The notes under the pieces: generated by a model
What the model was told of the DNA's origin: nothing
The model's database searches: none
What the model saw: the letters and a program-made list of their open reading frames with translations, nothing else
Position numbers and translations under genes: made by a program
Shown: positions 23,921 through 41,885 of the stretch, piece by piece
Numbering within the stretch: position 1 is the first letter of the stretch
Layout: every line of letters starts with the position of its first letter
Assembly: GCF_009914755.1 (NCBI RefSeq)
Contig: NC_060925.1
DNA from: the human T2T-CHM13v2.0 reference genome, Homo sapiens
DNA length: 64,000 nt
Reading direction: 5' to 3' (one strand)

Positions 23921-26559
23921 CCTGACAAAGCATAATACAGTAAATGAGATGATCTTCATGGAAAGAGGACACTGAGAAGTGTGGCTTACCCAAATAGATG
24001 ACACAGTTGAAAAATACCCCAATATTTCCCTTTGGAAAATAGTTTATGGGTTTTTCTTTTCCTTGTAAAAGATGTGATCTTCCAGTCTCTGTTGGTCTCA
24101 AACTGACATTAAAATGGCTTGTACAGCTGAAGCACTCAACAATGAATGGGCACAAGGGGATGGGGGGTGCTGCAAGCTGCAATTAGGGACCTTCACTAGG
24201 ACCCCTGATAGATATGATAATACGGCACCTCTGACCAATTAGAAAGGGCAACTCTTCCTTAAGAATAAATTCAGTTGGTATATTGTTGTGTAATTTGCTG
24301 TAGCCATAGATGGCAGCATGTATTCTCCATGCATTTCCCCTTCCAAATTTGAAGGCAGATTGAGGGTAGAAATTGAGTCACTGAAAGCAACAGAAGAGGA
24401 AGAGAAACAACTCTATGGGGTACTTGGAGTTTGGCCATGACAGGACAATTGTGCATAGTGTGTGCTGGTAACTGTGTGCACAGCTGTGTGTGCTGCTCTC
24501 CCACGACTTGGTCAGCAGCTTCCAGTGCTAGAGCTCCAGATCTTCACCTCCATCTATAGCCTCTCATATTAGTTAAAATACATCTACAATGTGAATGGTA
24601 TCTCCTTAGTAATGGTGCTCTTGAGCAGTGCACAACCTGAAGAACTGTATACAGTGGCCTTGCCTTCCGAGACTGGTTTCCAGAAATGAGTGACCTTCAT
24701 GTAGGTGGTAGAGAGGTAGCTAATGCCTGGCCAGATTCTCCCCTTCCCCTCCTCATGGAGCAGTATAGTGTCATGTTTGATCACATAGATTCTGGAGTCA
24801 GACTCCCCACTCCTCTCAGTTAAGATCTCAGTTCTACTTTTTACTGGGAAAATGACATGGATCAGGTTACTTTTTCTCTTTAAACCTAGTTTTCCTAATC
24901 TGTTAAACAGGAGAAAATAGCACCTATCTCATAAAGTTATTATGTGGATCAAATGTGATAATCCATATAATTCAAAGTTCTTAGCATGCAGTTAATTTTC
25001 ATTAAACATTAGCTGAGAATATTATTAGCTTGGCTTGTAGCAAAGGAAGCAGGTGTTTTATCATGATCAAACTCTCAAAAAAAAAATGCCTTCGACGGTT
25101 TTCTTCCATTCAAGTGTCCCCTCCCTCCCTCCCTCCCTCCCTTCCTTTTCCTTTCCATTATTTTGGCATTTGAAAGATAAAAAATTCATCAATTTGTCTA
25201 GGGACACTTCTGAATTAAATTTATATTCTTAAGTAAACATTTGTCAAATTTTCACTATTTTGTAAATGTTGCTGCCATTTGCATCCTTAAGGTCATATTT
25301 TTCTGTTTTACCTACTTCTGAACACTTTGAAGACTTTTTGATTACAGAAACCAAAAATTATAGTAAAGTACAATTAATTGTAATGCACTGGTCCAGTTTC
25401 CAGAGCACTTTCTCAGAGCCATGAAGTCCCTTCTCTGAAGCTTTATGGAGGAGAAAACTCCATACTGGCTGCTTCTCTTGGGGGTACAATTGAATTTGCT
25501 TATCCAGCACAAAGCCCCAGGGGCTTCTTTACATATATATATGACACTATAACCTGATTTTAGGCCCTAGACTCTGGAATCAGGCTTTGACCAGACATCA
25601 AATCTGGGAAGAGCTTTGTCCATTCCCTGTCCTCCAGCTCCCACCTCCAATCCCCCAGTTTGCAAATGACTTTGTTTGTTAAACATACACACATGAGAGT
25701 AAAAACCAGTAAACAGAAAGCTAACCCAAGAAAGAAAAGCTACTTGTGCTGTAAAACAGTCCATATGGATCTCTTTCTTCTCCAAAATGTGCTTTCTAAT
25801 GTGTAATGAAGAGCAGTGGACAGAGGTGCTTTAGGTTCCCACGTGGCTCACCCAATCCTGTCCCTTTCCTTGGTAGTCAAGACTTATCCTCCTTATATGT
25901 TGTGGTAGCTTTCTGCTCGCTGTACCCACTTTGTAAGCTTTTTCTACCCTTCTTGGCTGCTGGAAAGGCACATTTTCCCTCCTAGCTCAGGTAGAATACC
26001 AAGTATTGAAGAAAACATTATTTAAAAACATCTGCCTTTGTACAAGTCCTCGGTTACTTACTTAGAAGCTCACAAAGGAAGGTGAACTTTAGACTTGTCA
26101 GTCCTCCAAATGACAACGGAAGAAAGTATTTGTATAGCACAAATAATCATTTTATAATGGCATTTAGCAAGCTTTTATAACCTCAACCACCATTTACCTG
26201 ATAGCAAAGCTTGCAGTTCAAAATATTCAACCCCTAAACACAGGAGGCATTCCAAAGGCAGTTAGTTGAGTGCTGAGACAGTTTAAGTTCATGTACAGAC
26301 TATTGGCAAAAGCACAGAGTAAAGAATCCCAGGAGATTATTTCATAGATGGGAGCATATTAGCCTAAGACTTTAGCTGTAGCTCATTCTAGAATGTTGGT
26401 ATGAATTGCTGTTGGAAAACATGATCAGCACCTCTTAGCATAATCTTTCTGGAGTGACTTGAGTCTGGAAATGGAAATGAATATGTTTCTTACTGGTTAA
26501 GATTATTTGGTTAGGATGCTATTTTGAATACACATTCTCCTGTGATAATGAATCTCTGG

Positions 26560-30320
<3,761 letters not shown>

Positions 30321-31476
30321 GTGCCCTCCAAATGTCTCCATTATCTTTAGACTTAAGCCTGTAAGTGTCCATGAAATAGAAAGGGCAGAGCCAACCTTTC
30401 TTTATAGAGAGATTGTTGTGTGCCTTGCCCAACTTGCCTGAAATCATACAGAAGCCAGTAACAAGGGGGTACTCAAGGACCATTTTCCTACCAAATACTG
30501 AAAGAAGCAAATCTCCAGATTTGCTGCAATGGGACAGGCTCCATAATGATGAAGAATTTCATCTTGATTTAAGTTTAAGTTATAAATAAGTGCGTTTAAG
30601 CACTACATTGACAAAATTGCTTAATTTAAGAAGGCAAAATATCTTACTATCTTCAGAGATCATTACGCTTAATCTTTCACTCACTTTTTAAAATGGATCC
30701 TACACAAGAATGCCCTAGGAAATGGTGAAGTTCCACTCTATATTTCAAAAGCTGACACATAGGATCCCCAGTGTTCCTGGGGTCATCTCCTTCCTAACTG
30801 TTCAATTCATGGAGCTGAGCTTCATATTGAAAGAGAGAAGAGAAAGGGATCTTGCAGTTCCACCTACTTTGGCATGGGAGTTTTCCTCTCTAAAAGGAAG
30901 ACCTTCCTTTCTCTTTAACAAATCTTTATCAGGCACCCACAGACTACAATGCTAGGAATGTTAGGGAGTGTAGTAAGACATATATACACGGTTACTGTCC
31001 TCAAAAAATTTAGTACCTAATTGGGAAGGAATAGGAAAACTCAAATATCAAAGCAGGTCTCACATATTCAAAAAAATAAAATCTCCAAAGAGTGAGAGAA
31101 ATTAATGGCCCAAAGACGTTAGGAAAGGGTTCTCACGGAATCGTAAATTCTCATAGAATCACAAAGTAGGAGACCTTAGAAGTGACCTAATTCAAGTCTC
31201 TACTGAATACACAGTATCTTCAGAGACTTCTTTTAAAAGTAGGCATTCAGTCTTAGTTTGGTTATCTCCAGGGACAGGGAACTCACTCAAGTTAATTTCA
31301 TTTTCAAATAGTTCTAATTTTTAGGAAATTCTAATTGAGAAAAATCTAATTTCTTTTAATTCCTGCCTATTGGCACTACTTACATCTTCTGAAAGGAGAA
31401 ATACAGGATTAAATCTACTCCTGCTTCTCTCAGTAGCCTTTGAAATAGTTCTCCAGAGTCTTCTGTTTGTTCACCT

Positions 31477-31872
31477 TGTTAAATCAGGTTTAGCCTAAAG
31501 CTGCCTCCTTACATATTTTAAGTTTGGCCTAAGGGTTTCTCTGTACATTGTGAACTCTAACAAGTGGAAGTGTAAACAGACAGTAGCCTACACTTGTGCT
31601 AATTACCGACTTTTGGCCAATTAAATGTAGCCAACTGTTTGAACCGCGTTCAAATAAGGCAAACGCTGAGCTGTAACCTATCCAGTTGTTTCTGTAACTC
31701 ACTTCCGTTTCCTTGTATGTCACTTTCCTTTTCTGTCCATAAACCTTCCACCATGTGGCTGTGCTGGAATCTCTGAGCCTATTCTGGCTCAGGAGGTTGC
31801 TCGATTCACAAATCGTTCATTGCTCAATGAAACTCCTTCAAATTTAATTCAGCTAAAGTTTTTATTTTATCA
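31477..31872 (+). mobile_element. MER57-like ERV1 solo LTR
   Basis: TG...CA termini, 4-bp TSD ACCT, tgttaaa..gtttagcctaaagctgcctccttacatattttaagtt start. Confidence 0.85.
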
Positions 31873-34029
31873 ACCTAAACATTTCTCATACCTTTGAACT
31901 AAAATCATAGAATATTATTGATGCAAATAGCCATCTTTTGTTACATTTTCTATTTTCTGCCAATGCCCATGCCTGCCATGATCTCATTTAGGCATTGCAA
32001 TGACCCCATAAGTCAGATGGTATTACTATCCCTATCATATGGATAAGAATTCTGGAGCCTCAGGGAAGTTCAGCCTCCTCTCACCATCTGAGTTGTTCCT
32101 TCTAGATGAATTTGTCAATGTGTCTTGAAAGCATCTGGGAACTGAGCCTGTAGGTAATGGTTTTTTGAGCAGGATGGTGGCGGTAGACAAAATGTACTGG
32201 AAGGAAAACATTTGGAAAAATGAAAACCTTTTAAGAAACAGTGAAAATAACCAAAGGTGATAAGGTTGGGATGGCAGTGATAAGTAGCACAAGGTCAGGT
32301 TGATTACTCTAGTGTTAGGGAGCAAGCAGATGGTGGGGTAGAGAATGAGAAAAGATATGGGGATTAATTTAATGAGTCTTCAAGTATTTATCAAGAAGGT
32401 ACTATGCACCAGGCACTTTGCTGGGTGCTGGAAAGGGATAGTGAACAAAACAGACACATCCCTTGATTGATAGTCTGCTCGGGGAGAGGAACATTAAGCC
32501 AATTAGCATAGCAAGAACTATATACAATATACGTGATTTAGAAGTATTGGTAGGTATTAGGAAGGGAAAGAATAGGGCTCTAAGGAAGCAATCTGGGATC
32601 ATTCTGGAATAAGAGAATGTGCTATGTGACCTTAAGATTAGTTGGCCATTCTGGTGGTGAGAAACCCATCTCCCAGTTCTAAGTGATACGCTCCAAGTTT
32701 GGCCAACTGTCCAGCACTCACCAGCTTCTGACTGGACTCAGAGTGAGAATCTGGTTTTAGATGGCGCCTGACTTGAAGCACCCTCTAGTGTTAAGGAAAG
32801 GAAGGTAACAGCCTGAAAGAGAGGGAATTGGGGAAAGACAAAAGAAATGAAATTGAGACTTGTTTTGGGAACAGGTGGGCTGAGGAGAAGCCCCAGAGGC
32901 CTGTGTTAACAGTGTTGGAGTTGGGCTTTACAGAGTGTGTCCCTGCACCCCAGCTGAGAAAGCAATGATGAGCCAGGAACAATTCCACTGATCTACGTGG
33001 TTTTACTCATTTACTCTTATGAGAAATTACTAGTAGAACCCTATACTACAGGTCTGGAAACTGTGACACAGAGGCTAAATAATTTCTCTAAGGTCACATA
33101 GCATGTAAGGGGGTAAAGAACAGAGCCAAGAACCAGTGTCACTATGAAAAATGGCCCTGGCAGATCTCTCTATCCCAGTGCAGGTTTGAGATGATTTAGA
33201 TGTGCTTAGCTGAGCTTTTCTTTGCAACAGCTTGCCTGGGGGCTGATAAAGAAATTCAAACAGATGTGATAAGCTGTGCTACCTGTTGCTGGGCTGATGC
33301 TGTAGACAAATCCTAATGTCTCAATGGCTTAGCACCGCAGACTTTATTTCTCACTCAAATGAAGTCCCATGGGGGGTGGCAAGGGCTCTCCAAACCACCT
33401 CTCAGGGACCAAGCTTCCTCTGTCTTGTGGCACTGCCCTCTCAACACTTGGCCTCTAAATTTACTGAGTCAGGGAAGGAAGGGAGGGAGGAGGTACACTG
33501 GCTTCATCCCAGAATTGTCACACCAAACTTCCACTGTTAATTAGCCTGAATTAGTCACATGGACCCAACTTAACTGCAAAGGATGGTGAGGAAATGGAGA
33601 GACATGGATTATTAGGAGAACACTAAGGGTTCCCTAAAATGGAGCTGACTCCAGAGCCCAGCAGCAGACCAGCAGAGGCAAGGAAAAAGTGGATGAGCAT
33701 AAGCAGTGGTTCATTCCCTCCCCTACCCTGGAAAGCAAGAAAACACTCGTCGGACTGTGGGAGAACACAGCCTGTCCTTGCCTTGGGTCAGCCTGTTTTA
33801 GCTTTTCCACTCCGCCCCTGTCCCAGGGAAAAAGGAGGAAAGTTGGGAAAAGGGTCACTCCACAGAGCAATGAGAAGTTGCACTTAGTTTCTGAAAGGGG
33901 AAGAAAAAATAATCTTTCATCTCTTGGATGTGTGGGGAGACAGTGACTGGGGAGAGAGCAGAGACACTTGAGCCCCTGGAAGTTCAGTCTGAAAATCTAA
34001 TCCCTGAGGAATTTGCTGTCCTTCCTCCT

Positions 34030-34580
34030 TGTGGGGTGTGGCTCCTGTGGTCCCCACCTCCTGGTGTTTATGCCCCTGTGTATTCCCTTTCTTGGGTGTT
34101 GGTGAGACCTGTGACTTACATTTAACCAGTAGAATACAGCAAAGGTGATGAGAAGTCACTTCTGTGGTTAAATACAGAATAAGAAGATTGTAACGCCCAT
34201 CTCTTGCAAGGAGATTCTGTCCCTTGCTGGCTTCGTTGAAGCTGGCTGTCATGTTGTGAGCTGCTCAGTGGAGAGAGTCATGTGGCAAGGAATGGAGGGC
34301 AGCCTTTGGCCCACAGGCAGCAAGAAACTGAGGCTTTCAGTCTGGTCACCCACTAGGACCTGAATCCTACCAATCATCACGTGAACTTGGAAGTGGATTT
34401 TTCCCCAGTTGAGCTCTCAGATGCAAACCCAGACCTGGCTGACAACTTGACTGAAGGCTTGCAGAGGACCCAAAGCTGTGCCAGGACTGTTGACCAAAAG
34501 AAAGCAGGAGAGAAATGTGTGTTGTCCTAGGCTGCTGACTCTATGGTAATCTTGGTGTGCAGCAATAGATAAGTAATGCA
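34030..34580 (+). mobile_element. MLT1-family LTR (old)
   Basis: ccatgtggcaagga-like core, end ...gcagcaatagataagtaatgca. Confidence 0.75.
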
Positions 34581-34609
34581 TGGGGTTCGGAAAGTGTGAG
34601 AGGGAAGCA

Positions 34610-35036
34610 CATTGGTTTCCTAGGGCTGTCATAACTAAGCACTATAAACTGGGTGGCTTAAAACAGCAGAAATCTATTCTCACAGCTCTGGAGCTAGAAG
34701 TCTGAAATCAAGGTACTGGCAAGGCCATGGTTCCTCTGAAGCATCTAGGGGAGGATCCATCCTTGCCTCTTCCACCATCTGGTATCTCCAGGCATTCCTT
34801 GGCTTATGGCAACATCACTCCAGTCTCTGCCTCTGGCTTCACATGGCCATCTTCCCCGTGTGTCTCTGTCTTCTCCTTTTCTTATAAGGATATCATATGG
34901 GATTAAGGGCCTGCCGTACTCCATGTCACCTTATCTTAATTACATCTTCAATGATCCTATTTCCAAATAAGGTCATTCTGAGGGACTAGGGGTTAGGACT
35001 TCATCATATCTTTTTTGGCACATTTCAACCCATAAC
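34610..35036 (-). mobile_element. MLT1-family LTR
   Basis: attggtttcctagggctgtcataac...ttccaaataaggtcattctgagg...cccataaca. Confidence 0.85.
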
Positions 35037-37618
35037 AAGAAAAAAAAAATAGAGAGAAGAGCTGACAATTGAAGAATCTTTCGGAAAACAAGCACCTTCT
35101 TGATGGGCCAGGTGAACATATCCATGCAGCCTGCACATTCAGCGCAAGGATGAGGGTCTTTGCAGGTGAGGATCTCAGAAACTGCAGGGAGCGGACCCTT
35201 CCCTTCTCTCCAGGAGCTGCTTGAAATTTGTGAACAAAAGCCTAACTTCACCAGCTGAGAGAATACCCATCCAGAGAATGGCTTTCCCCACAGCTGCCAA
35301 AAGGGTTGCGTGGCCTGCCTCATGGCAGGGGGTGGCCAGATGATCCTGTATTCTAAGTCCTTGCATTCTAAGGTACTCTCATTCCATAGTTTGGTGCTGT
35401 ATTTGGAAGCCTGTCCTGGGTTAATGAATGGACCCTTTTCTCTGTCTCAGATACTGGAAGGGCCCAAAAGCTACAATACGTTTTCAACTATGGGCAGCTG
35501 CTGCCACCTTGTGCCAGAAAGACTCCATGGCTAGAGTGACCAGGGACCTCAGATCAGGACACTATGAAGGGGCACTTCTAATAATTGTTCTGGGGCAGCA
35601 GGTGTAAATCGGGATTGTCCCAGGGAAACATATGGTCACCCCTGGGGAATGCAAGGGAACAACAGGATTTGCAAGGATTTTCCCAAGAATAAATTTGAGT
35701 TTTCCAAAATGTTCTACTTTTCTACATTTACTCTCAGCATGAAGCTTCCTGTGTCACCTATGGTGGCCATCACACCTCATGCGAGGTTAACAATACGTGA
35801 AAGAGTTCTGAATTCCTCTGGCACAAAGAAGAATGAATTTCCAACTATGCCTACTAAGAGAAAAAAGTCTTTTTCTACATTGCTTTTGAACACAACGTAC
35901 CCCAAACACATGTAAAGCTTTGTTCTGACTTTAAGGATGCATTTTAAATCAATAAAGGAACAAAAAGCCCAGAAAAGGCCTAACTCTCTCTCTCTCTTTG
36001 TGTGTGTGTGTGTGTTTGGTGCTTTCAAAATTGACATATTACTCAGATATGGAAAAATAAAAGTAAAATTTTTGTCTTATAATTGTTTAGTGTGGGTGCT
36101 AATTTCTGTTGGTAGCAGGGATGAGGTGATATTGCCAAGATATTTTAAATGTACCAATTAATAGAAAGTTAATCTCCATTGCTCAGATCTGTTTTAGGTA
36201 AAGCAGCTAATTCAAAGCTCAGACTCTAGACAGCTTGAAGGGATCTCTCCTACCCCTTCTCAAGATGGTGTCTGGGTGCAGTGGTATTGCTCAGATGTCC
36301 TTGATTCTCCCTACCCTCATTCTGAAATGCCCCTCATTCTTCTTGGTGATGAAGATGCCACTGGTTTGATCTGGTCCATGGGCATCATAGTGGCATCTGC
36401 CCCCCACTATACATACACGCGGGTCCTTGCCATTGCCTCTGGTGACAAGAGCTCCATACTCTGAGCTTCCTTAGGAACTTGGGTCTTTTCTGCTCTCTCA
36501 GCTGTCATGCATCTCAGTGGGGTGCCGGAAAACTCTAGATTGCTTTCTCTCCAATATGCTGTTGTGTGTGGACCCTTGAAGTCTGCCCTCAGCATGTGCC
36601 TATAATTGCTAGTTCCCCTTTCTTGGATCATGTTGGATGCAGCATCCCCTGCAGTGGAGGGTTTCTCCACAAAGTCTATGGTTTCCCCAAGCTCTGCCCA
36701 GTCTGTGAAGGACAGCAGCTCCTGAAGTTCTTAGACTGTCCCAAATTTATCTTGGGGGTGGTTTTATCCAAGATGCACCCTCCTGCCCTATAACACCTCT
36801 TGTTAATGTTCCATCCTGGGGTGAGAAAGGGAGCCAGAACATTTCAGGTCACCCTTTGCCCCTTTTTTCCCCCTCACCCACCCAGATCCTAATCCCAGCA
36901 TTAGAAGGAACTTCTTCCTTCCTCAATGGTGAGGGCTTCACTAACATCATATTTCATGTTCTTCTCTGATCAATGGTCAATAATCTGTTCTATGATTAGT
37001 TCTCTAGCTAGCTGAAAATCCTCTCACTTTTTTTTTCAACATTCTCAAGATAGCCTAGAAAATGAAATAGGAGCTCCCCTATATTTGATGGTTCTCCCCT
37101 CCCCATGAAGCTCTGGATGCCATCAGTTCAACATTTGGGGGTCACAGGTTAATCAGAGTCTAGGATTTACCAGGTTAATATCTGAAAACATATTATTATT
37201 TTACAGTGAGAATTGCGTATTTGATAAATGTCATCAGATAGTATTAAAGGAAAAATAGTCTTAGCTAGCAATTTAGAAAATAAATTGCTCTGATTAGTTG
37301 CTAAAAAAATTCCAGATGGATTAAACAATTGAAGAAAAACCAAATTATTTTTAAAAACTAGCAGAAAATGGAAGTAAATATGTATCCTATCTCTAAAGGA
37401 GTAATTTTCTAAGTTTTAAAATCATATAAGAAAGAACATAGGAAAAGAGAAATTAAAATACTTTTTAAAAATTTGCCCCTCAACAATATATAAAAAGGAA
37501 AACAAAAGACTTGGAAAATATTTCCAGCACATATGAGTCAAGGAATGTTACATGGTTATATAACAGAAACTGTTATTCATTGCAGATTAAACTGATGCCT
37601 TAAGAAAGCAATTTGTCA

Positions 37619-37989
<371 letters not shown>

Positions 37990-38451
37990 TCAATATAATC
38001 CAAGAATCTCACTATTTGGAATTTATCCTAAGGAAATAATTTTAAAATAGGCACAAGTTAGCTATGCTTTTTATAATCACATTCATGTGACATTGTGATG
38101 ATCATTAGACACATTTGACTCTCCCACCAGACAATGGGACATTGTGTTTTTTTCACCTCTGAATCAGCATGCTTAGTCTGGAGTCTGGCATAATTGTAGG
38201 TGGCAAATAAATGTTGCAGAATAATTATTTTGTTGTAGTATTTATATTATACTTAACAATTGAAACAATCTTAATTTTCAACAATAGGAGAATGACTAAA
38301 TAAAATACAGTGTTGTCACTTGATGGAGATATTGTCAACTAAAATAATAATGAGTTCTCAGACATGGAAAACATTTTATATAATTGTAGCAAGTACGAAT
38401 CTTAGAGTACATACTCAGTTGCAGCAAAAACGTAACTTTCTTTGATTTTCT

Positions 38452-39000
38452 ATAGTAACATTTACATTCCTTTTCAAGCCCCGTTTTGACTAGTGGTCCA
38501 CCCCGGTGTGTGTCCTGTTATGCTGATTCTGGGTAATCTCAGGCAATTCAAAGTCCTGTTGCCACGCCCTATTCCCAACTGCTTGCATTTTCCCTGGGGT
38601 AGTACCTAGTAGTTTGTCATTACCTGCTCCGATGGGCATCCACCAGGATGGGATGTCTATTGACTTCTTTCTCTTTGACCGTTGATCCATGCAGGACCTG
38701 GATTGTCCTCCGTTCCCTAATACAGAAGTTTTTCAGGCCAGCCTCTGACTTAGCCACATTCCATCTGCATCATCACATCACCCTGGCGCTGCGGGGAGTT
38801 CTGAGAGGTTGTCTTGGGTCCTCAGGTCCTAGCTGGGTCACCTGTAGCCTTTGCTGCTCTCATATGGTGCTAAGTAGAAGGACCTCTGTGACACATGTCA
38901 TTTCCCTAGGCTCTTTTCATGGTGGGAGTTTAGGCCATATCCGTGGGGTTCCGGGGGTGCAGGCCGGGTGGGGAATGGACCCCAGGATATGCTCTTGCTC
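38452..39000 (-). mobile_element. Possible ancient LTR (Gypsy-like) remnant
   Basis: GC-richer island inside AT-rich L1-like DNA; minus-strand end ...aatgtaaatgttac resembles an LTR terminus. Family not confirmed. Confidence 0.3.
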
Positions 39001-39637
39001 TTCTTTCTGATTCTCTGCAGCTCTGCCCTAGTTGGCAACTTTATCAAGGCTTTAGGGGTGAGGAAAGCTGGCTCTGACTGTTCATTTACTTCCAGATGCC
39101 TTTGTCTTTGGCCTGGATCTCAACTGTGAAATTCATAACCCAACATTTGATTGCTTTAATATTTGGTTCTGTTGTGACAACCCTTCAGAGACAGTCTAGG
39201 CAGAGCTAAGATGTGAAAAACAACAGCAGAAGCCAAAATAAAAATGGAAGCCTAGATTAATGTATCAAAATATTAGTCTACTATAAAATGCAAAAATAAA
39301 CAGAACCTCAGAACTTTGTTATAACTGTGTGAACGTTAGGTATAGGTATGGGCAAATACATGCAACAGGGAAAATCTTAAGCTAATTGTGTTAATCAAGA
39401 GAGAACGTGGATTTTTTTTCTTTAGCAAATTTCCTTCATATTAGTTATGTGTAAATACCAGCCATGTTGTTTGTGAAAAAGCTTAATCTATTTTACCTCC
39501 AATAATATAGCGCCTTCTTAGCCCCCTTATTTCCCATCTAATCTCCCATCAATCCCTGATGTGGCTTTTTCCTTCTAGTAAGGCCACTTCCCTTACCCAA
39601 AACCTGCTTACACCATCTTCCAAGACTTTGTTTAACC

Positions 39638-39826
39638 CAGTGGTTCTCAAACTTTAGCTACATCAGAATCCCCTGGAGCATTTGTTGAAATACAAATGGC
39701 TGGGCCCTGCCACCAGTTTTTCTGATTCAGTAGGTCTGGGATGGAGCCCAAGAATTTGCATTTCTAACAAGTTCCCAGGTGATGCCAATGTTGCCAGTTC
39801 AGGGACCACACTTTGCAAACCACTGG
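39638..39826. mobile_element. MER5A hAT-Charlie element
   Basis: Inverted termini cagtggttctcaaa ... tttgcaaaccactg. Confidence 0.9.
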
Positions 39827-41680
39827 CTTAGCCACACCTTTTACCTGAAATGTTCCTTCTATTTGCCTTCTTCTTTCCTCTCTCCCTTGCTTTTATAAAC
39901 ACGTCATGATAACCTAACATGCATAACTGGCTTGAAGCACACCTTGAGGAGCTTTGGATAGTATTAACCGATTTATTCACGTATTTCATCCTACCTTTTT
40001 CTCAACAAAGTCTCAGAACTCTGATTATTTACTCTGCACCACCCCTACTACATATATAATACAGTCAGTGCTGTATTATTTTGGATTTATTAATGCATAC
40101 CTTTGCAATTATTTCATGCAATTTTTCTCTCCCTAATCAGCCCTTTGAGGCTCAAACAGGCTATCGTTCTTTTCCTCCGTAGCAGGCACAGAACCAATGT
40201 TTGCTGATGGGGCTCACTGAAGGACAGGCATATCATTTATTAATAGAGCACTGGCTACAAAACCTGTCCCATCCAGCTGCTCTGCTCCACCCTTACTAGT
40301 CTTATGGAGTTTCCCCTCACCCTGTCCTTGTCGGGCAGTTTGCCTGTTCTCCTTTTGCAGTGAGTGAGTACCTCTCCCAATATATCCAAACCAATTCCCA
40401 GAGACAGCTGTACAGAGATAGGTGCAAACTACCATTTTAAAATGGATTTCATTATAAAAGTAATAATATCATTTCACAGTTGTATATTCAAAAATACACA
40501 AAAACCAAAGAAGTAAATTTAAATGTACCCATAACCCCACCACATCAAGACACACAGTTTTAATATCTCAAGGTTTATGTCTCACACATATTTTCCCACT
40601 AAATTAGACCAATCTGTAAGTACTGTTTTTCAACCCATGTTTTTTCATTTCCCAATATATCAAAGCTTATTTACTGATGTTATTAACCTTCTTTAATATC
40701 ACTTTTAGTGGTTACAAAGCATTACATCATATACAGAGACTATAAGTTATTTAACAAACTCCTTAGTGGTTAATAACCAATCACTTGCTAATATAAATAA
40801 TGATTCAGTGAATATCCTTATTCATTCCTCTTTGTATACCTGCCAGTGTTTTTCCCAAAATCACATTTCAATGGCTTTGATGCATATTGAAAAATTGCTA
40901 GCCAAAAACTTTACACTGCTCTCAGAGGTATATATAAAAGGCCTCTGCAAACCCTCACATGGTGCTCTCAAACTGTGGGACCTTGCCAATCTTATCAGTG
41001 AAGATGGTGTCTTCTTTTAATCTGAATATATTTCATCACTTGGGGAATGAATTTCAAATGACTGTTGATCATTTGTATTTCTTCCTCTGTGAATTGCCTG
41101 TTTTGAGTCATCTGCTTGGTTTTCTACTTTTTGTTTTTGTGACAGCAGACTAAGTTATATATTTCAATATGATCACCAAGACACAAGAGATAAATGACCC
41201 AGAGTGAGATGAGAGGCAGATGTGCAGAAAATTCTACAAAGAGAGCCAGTGAGGTGACTCTCTGCACTGAGGATGAGAGAGGGTGGTGGGTGGAGATGGG
41301 AGGTGGTAAGGCAGATTTCTTTGCAGAGAGCTGTGCTGAGACTGGCCTCCCTACCCCATTGAAGGAGGGGTGGTGCTTGCCCCTTGCCTCAAGTCTAGTG
41401 AGATGAGCTTCAGTTGACTGCTTAGAGAGTGTGTGTTCCCTGCCGCTAGGTCAATAGCTGACTCCCCACTATGGTCATTAGGGAGGAGATGAGGCAGGTT
41501 ACCTAGCTGCTTTGGGAGTAGAGTGAGCCAACCAGAGTTGCTGTTACCCTGAGATTGGCCTGCATCTCAGATTCTATCCAGGCAGAGAAAGTGAGCTTCC
41601 TGTGGACCAGAAGTGGAGGTGACTGATTCAGGAAGGGGAAACACACTGGAGCCATTTTCAATCCCACCCCAAACAACTTC

Positions 41681-41885
41681 TGCAGTAGGCAGAATAATCG
41701 CCCCCAAAGATGTTCCCATCCCAATTCCTGGAACCTGTTGATATGTCACCTTACCTGGCAAAAAAGACTTCCCAGATGTGATTAAGAATCTTGAGGTGGG
41801 GATATTGTCCTATTATTGGGGTGGTCCTGATGTACTCACAAAGGTCCTTAAATGTGGAAGAAGGAGGTAGAAGGATCAGAGAAGA
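41681..41885 (+). mobile_element. MLT1 LTR 5' fragment
   Basis: tgcagtaggcagaataat..cccccaaagatg..ttacctggcaaaaaagactt. Confidence 0.8.
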
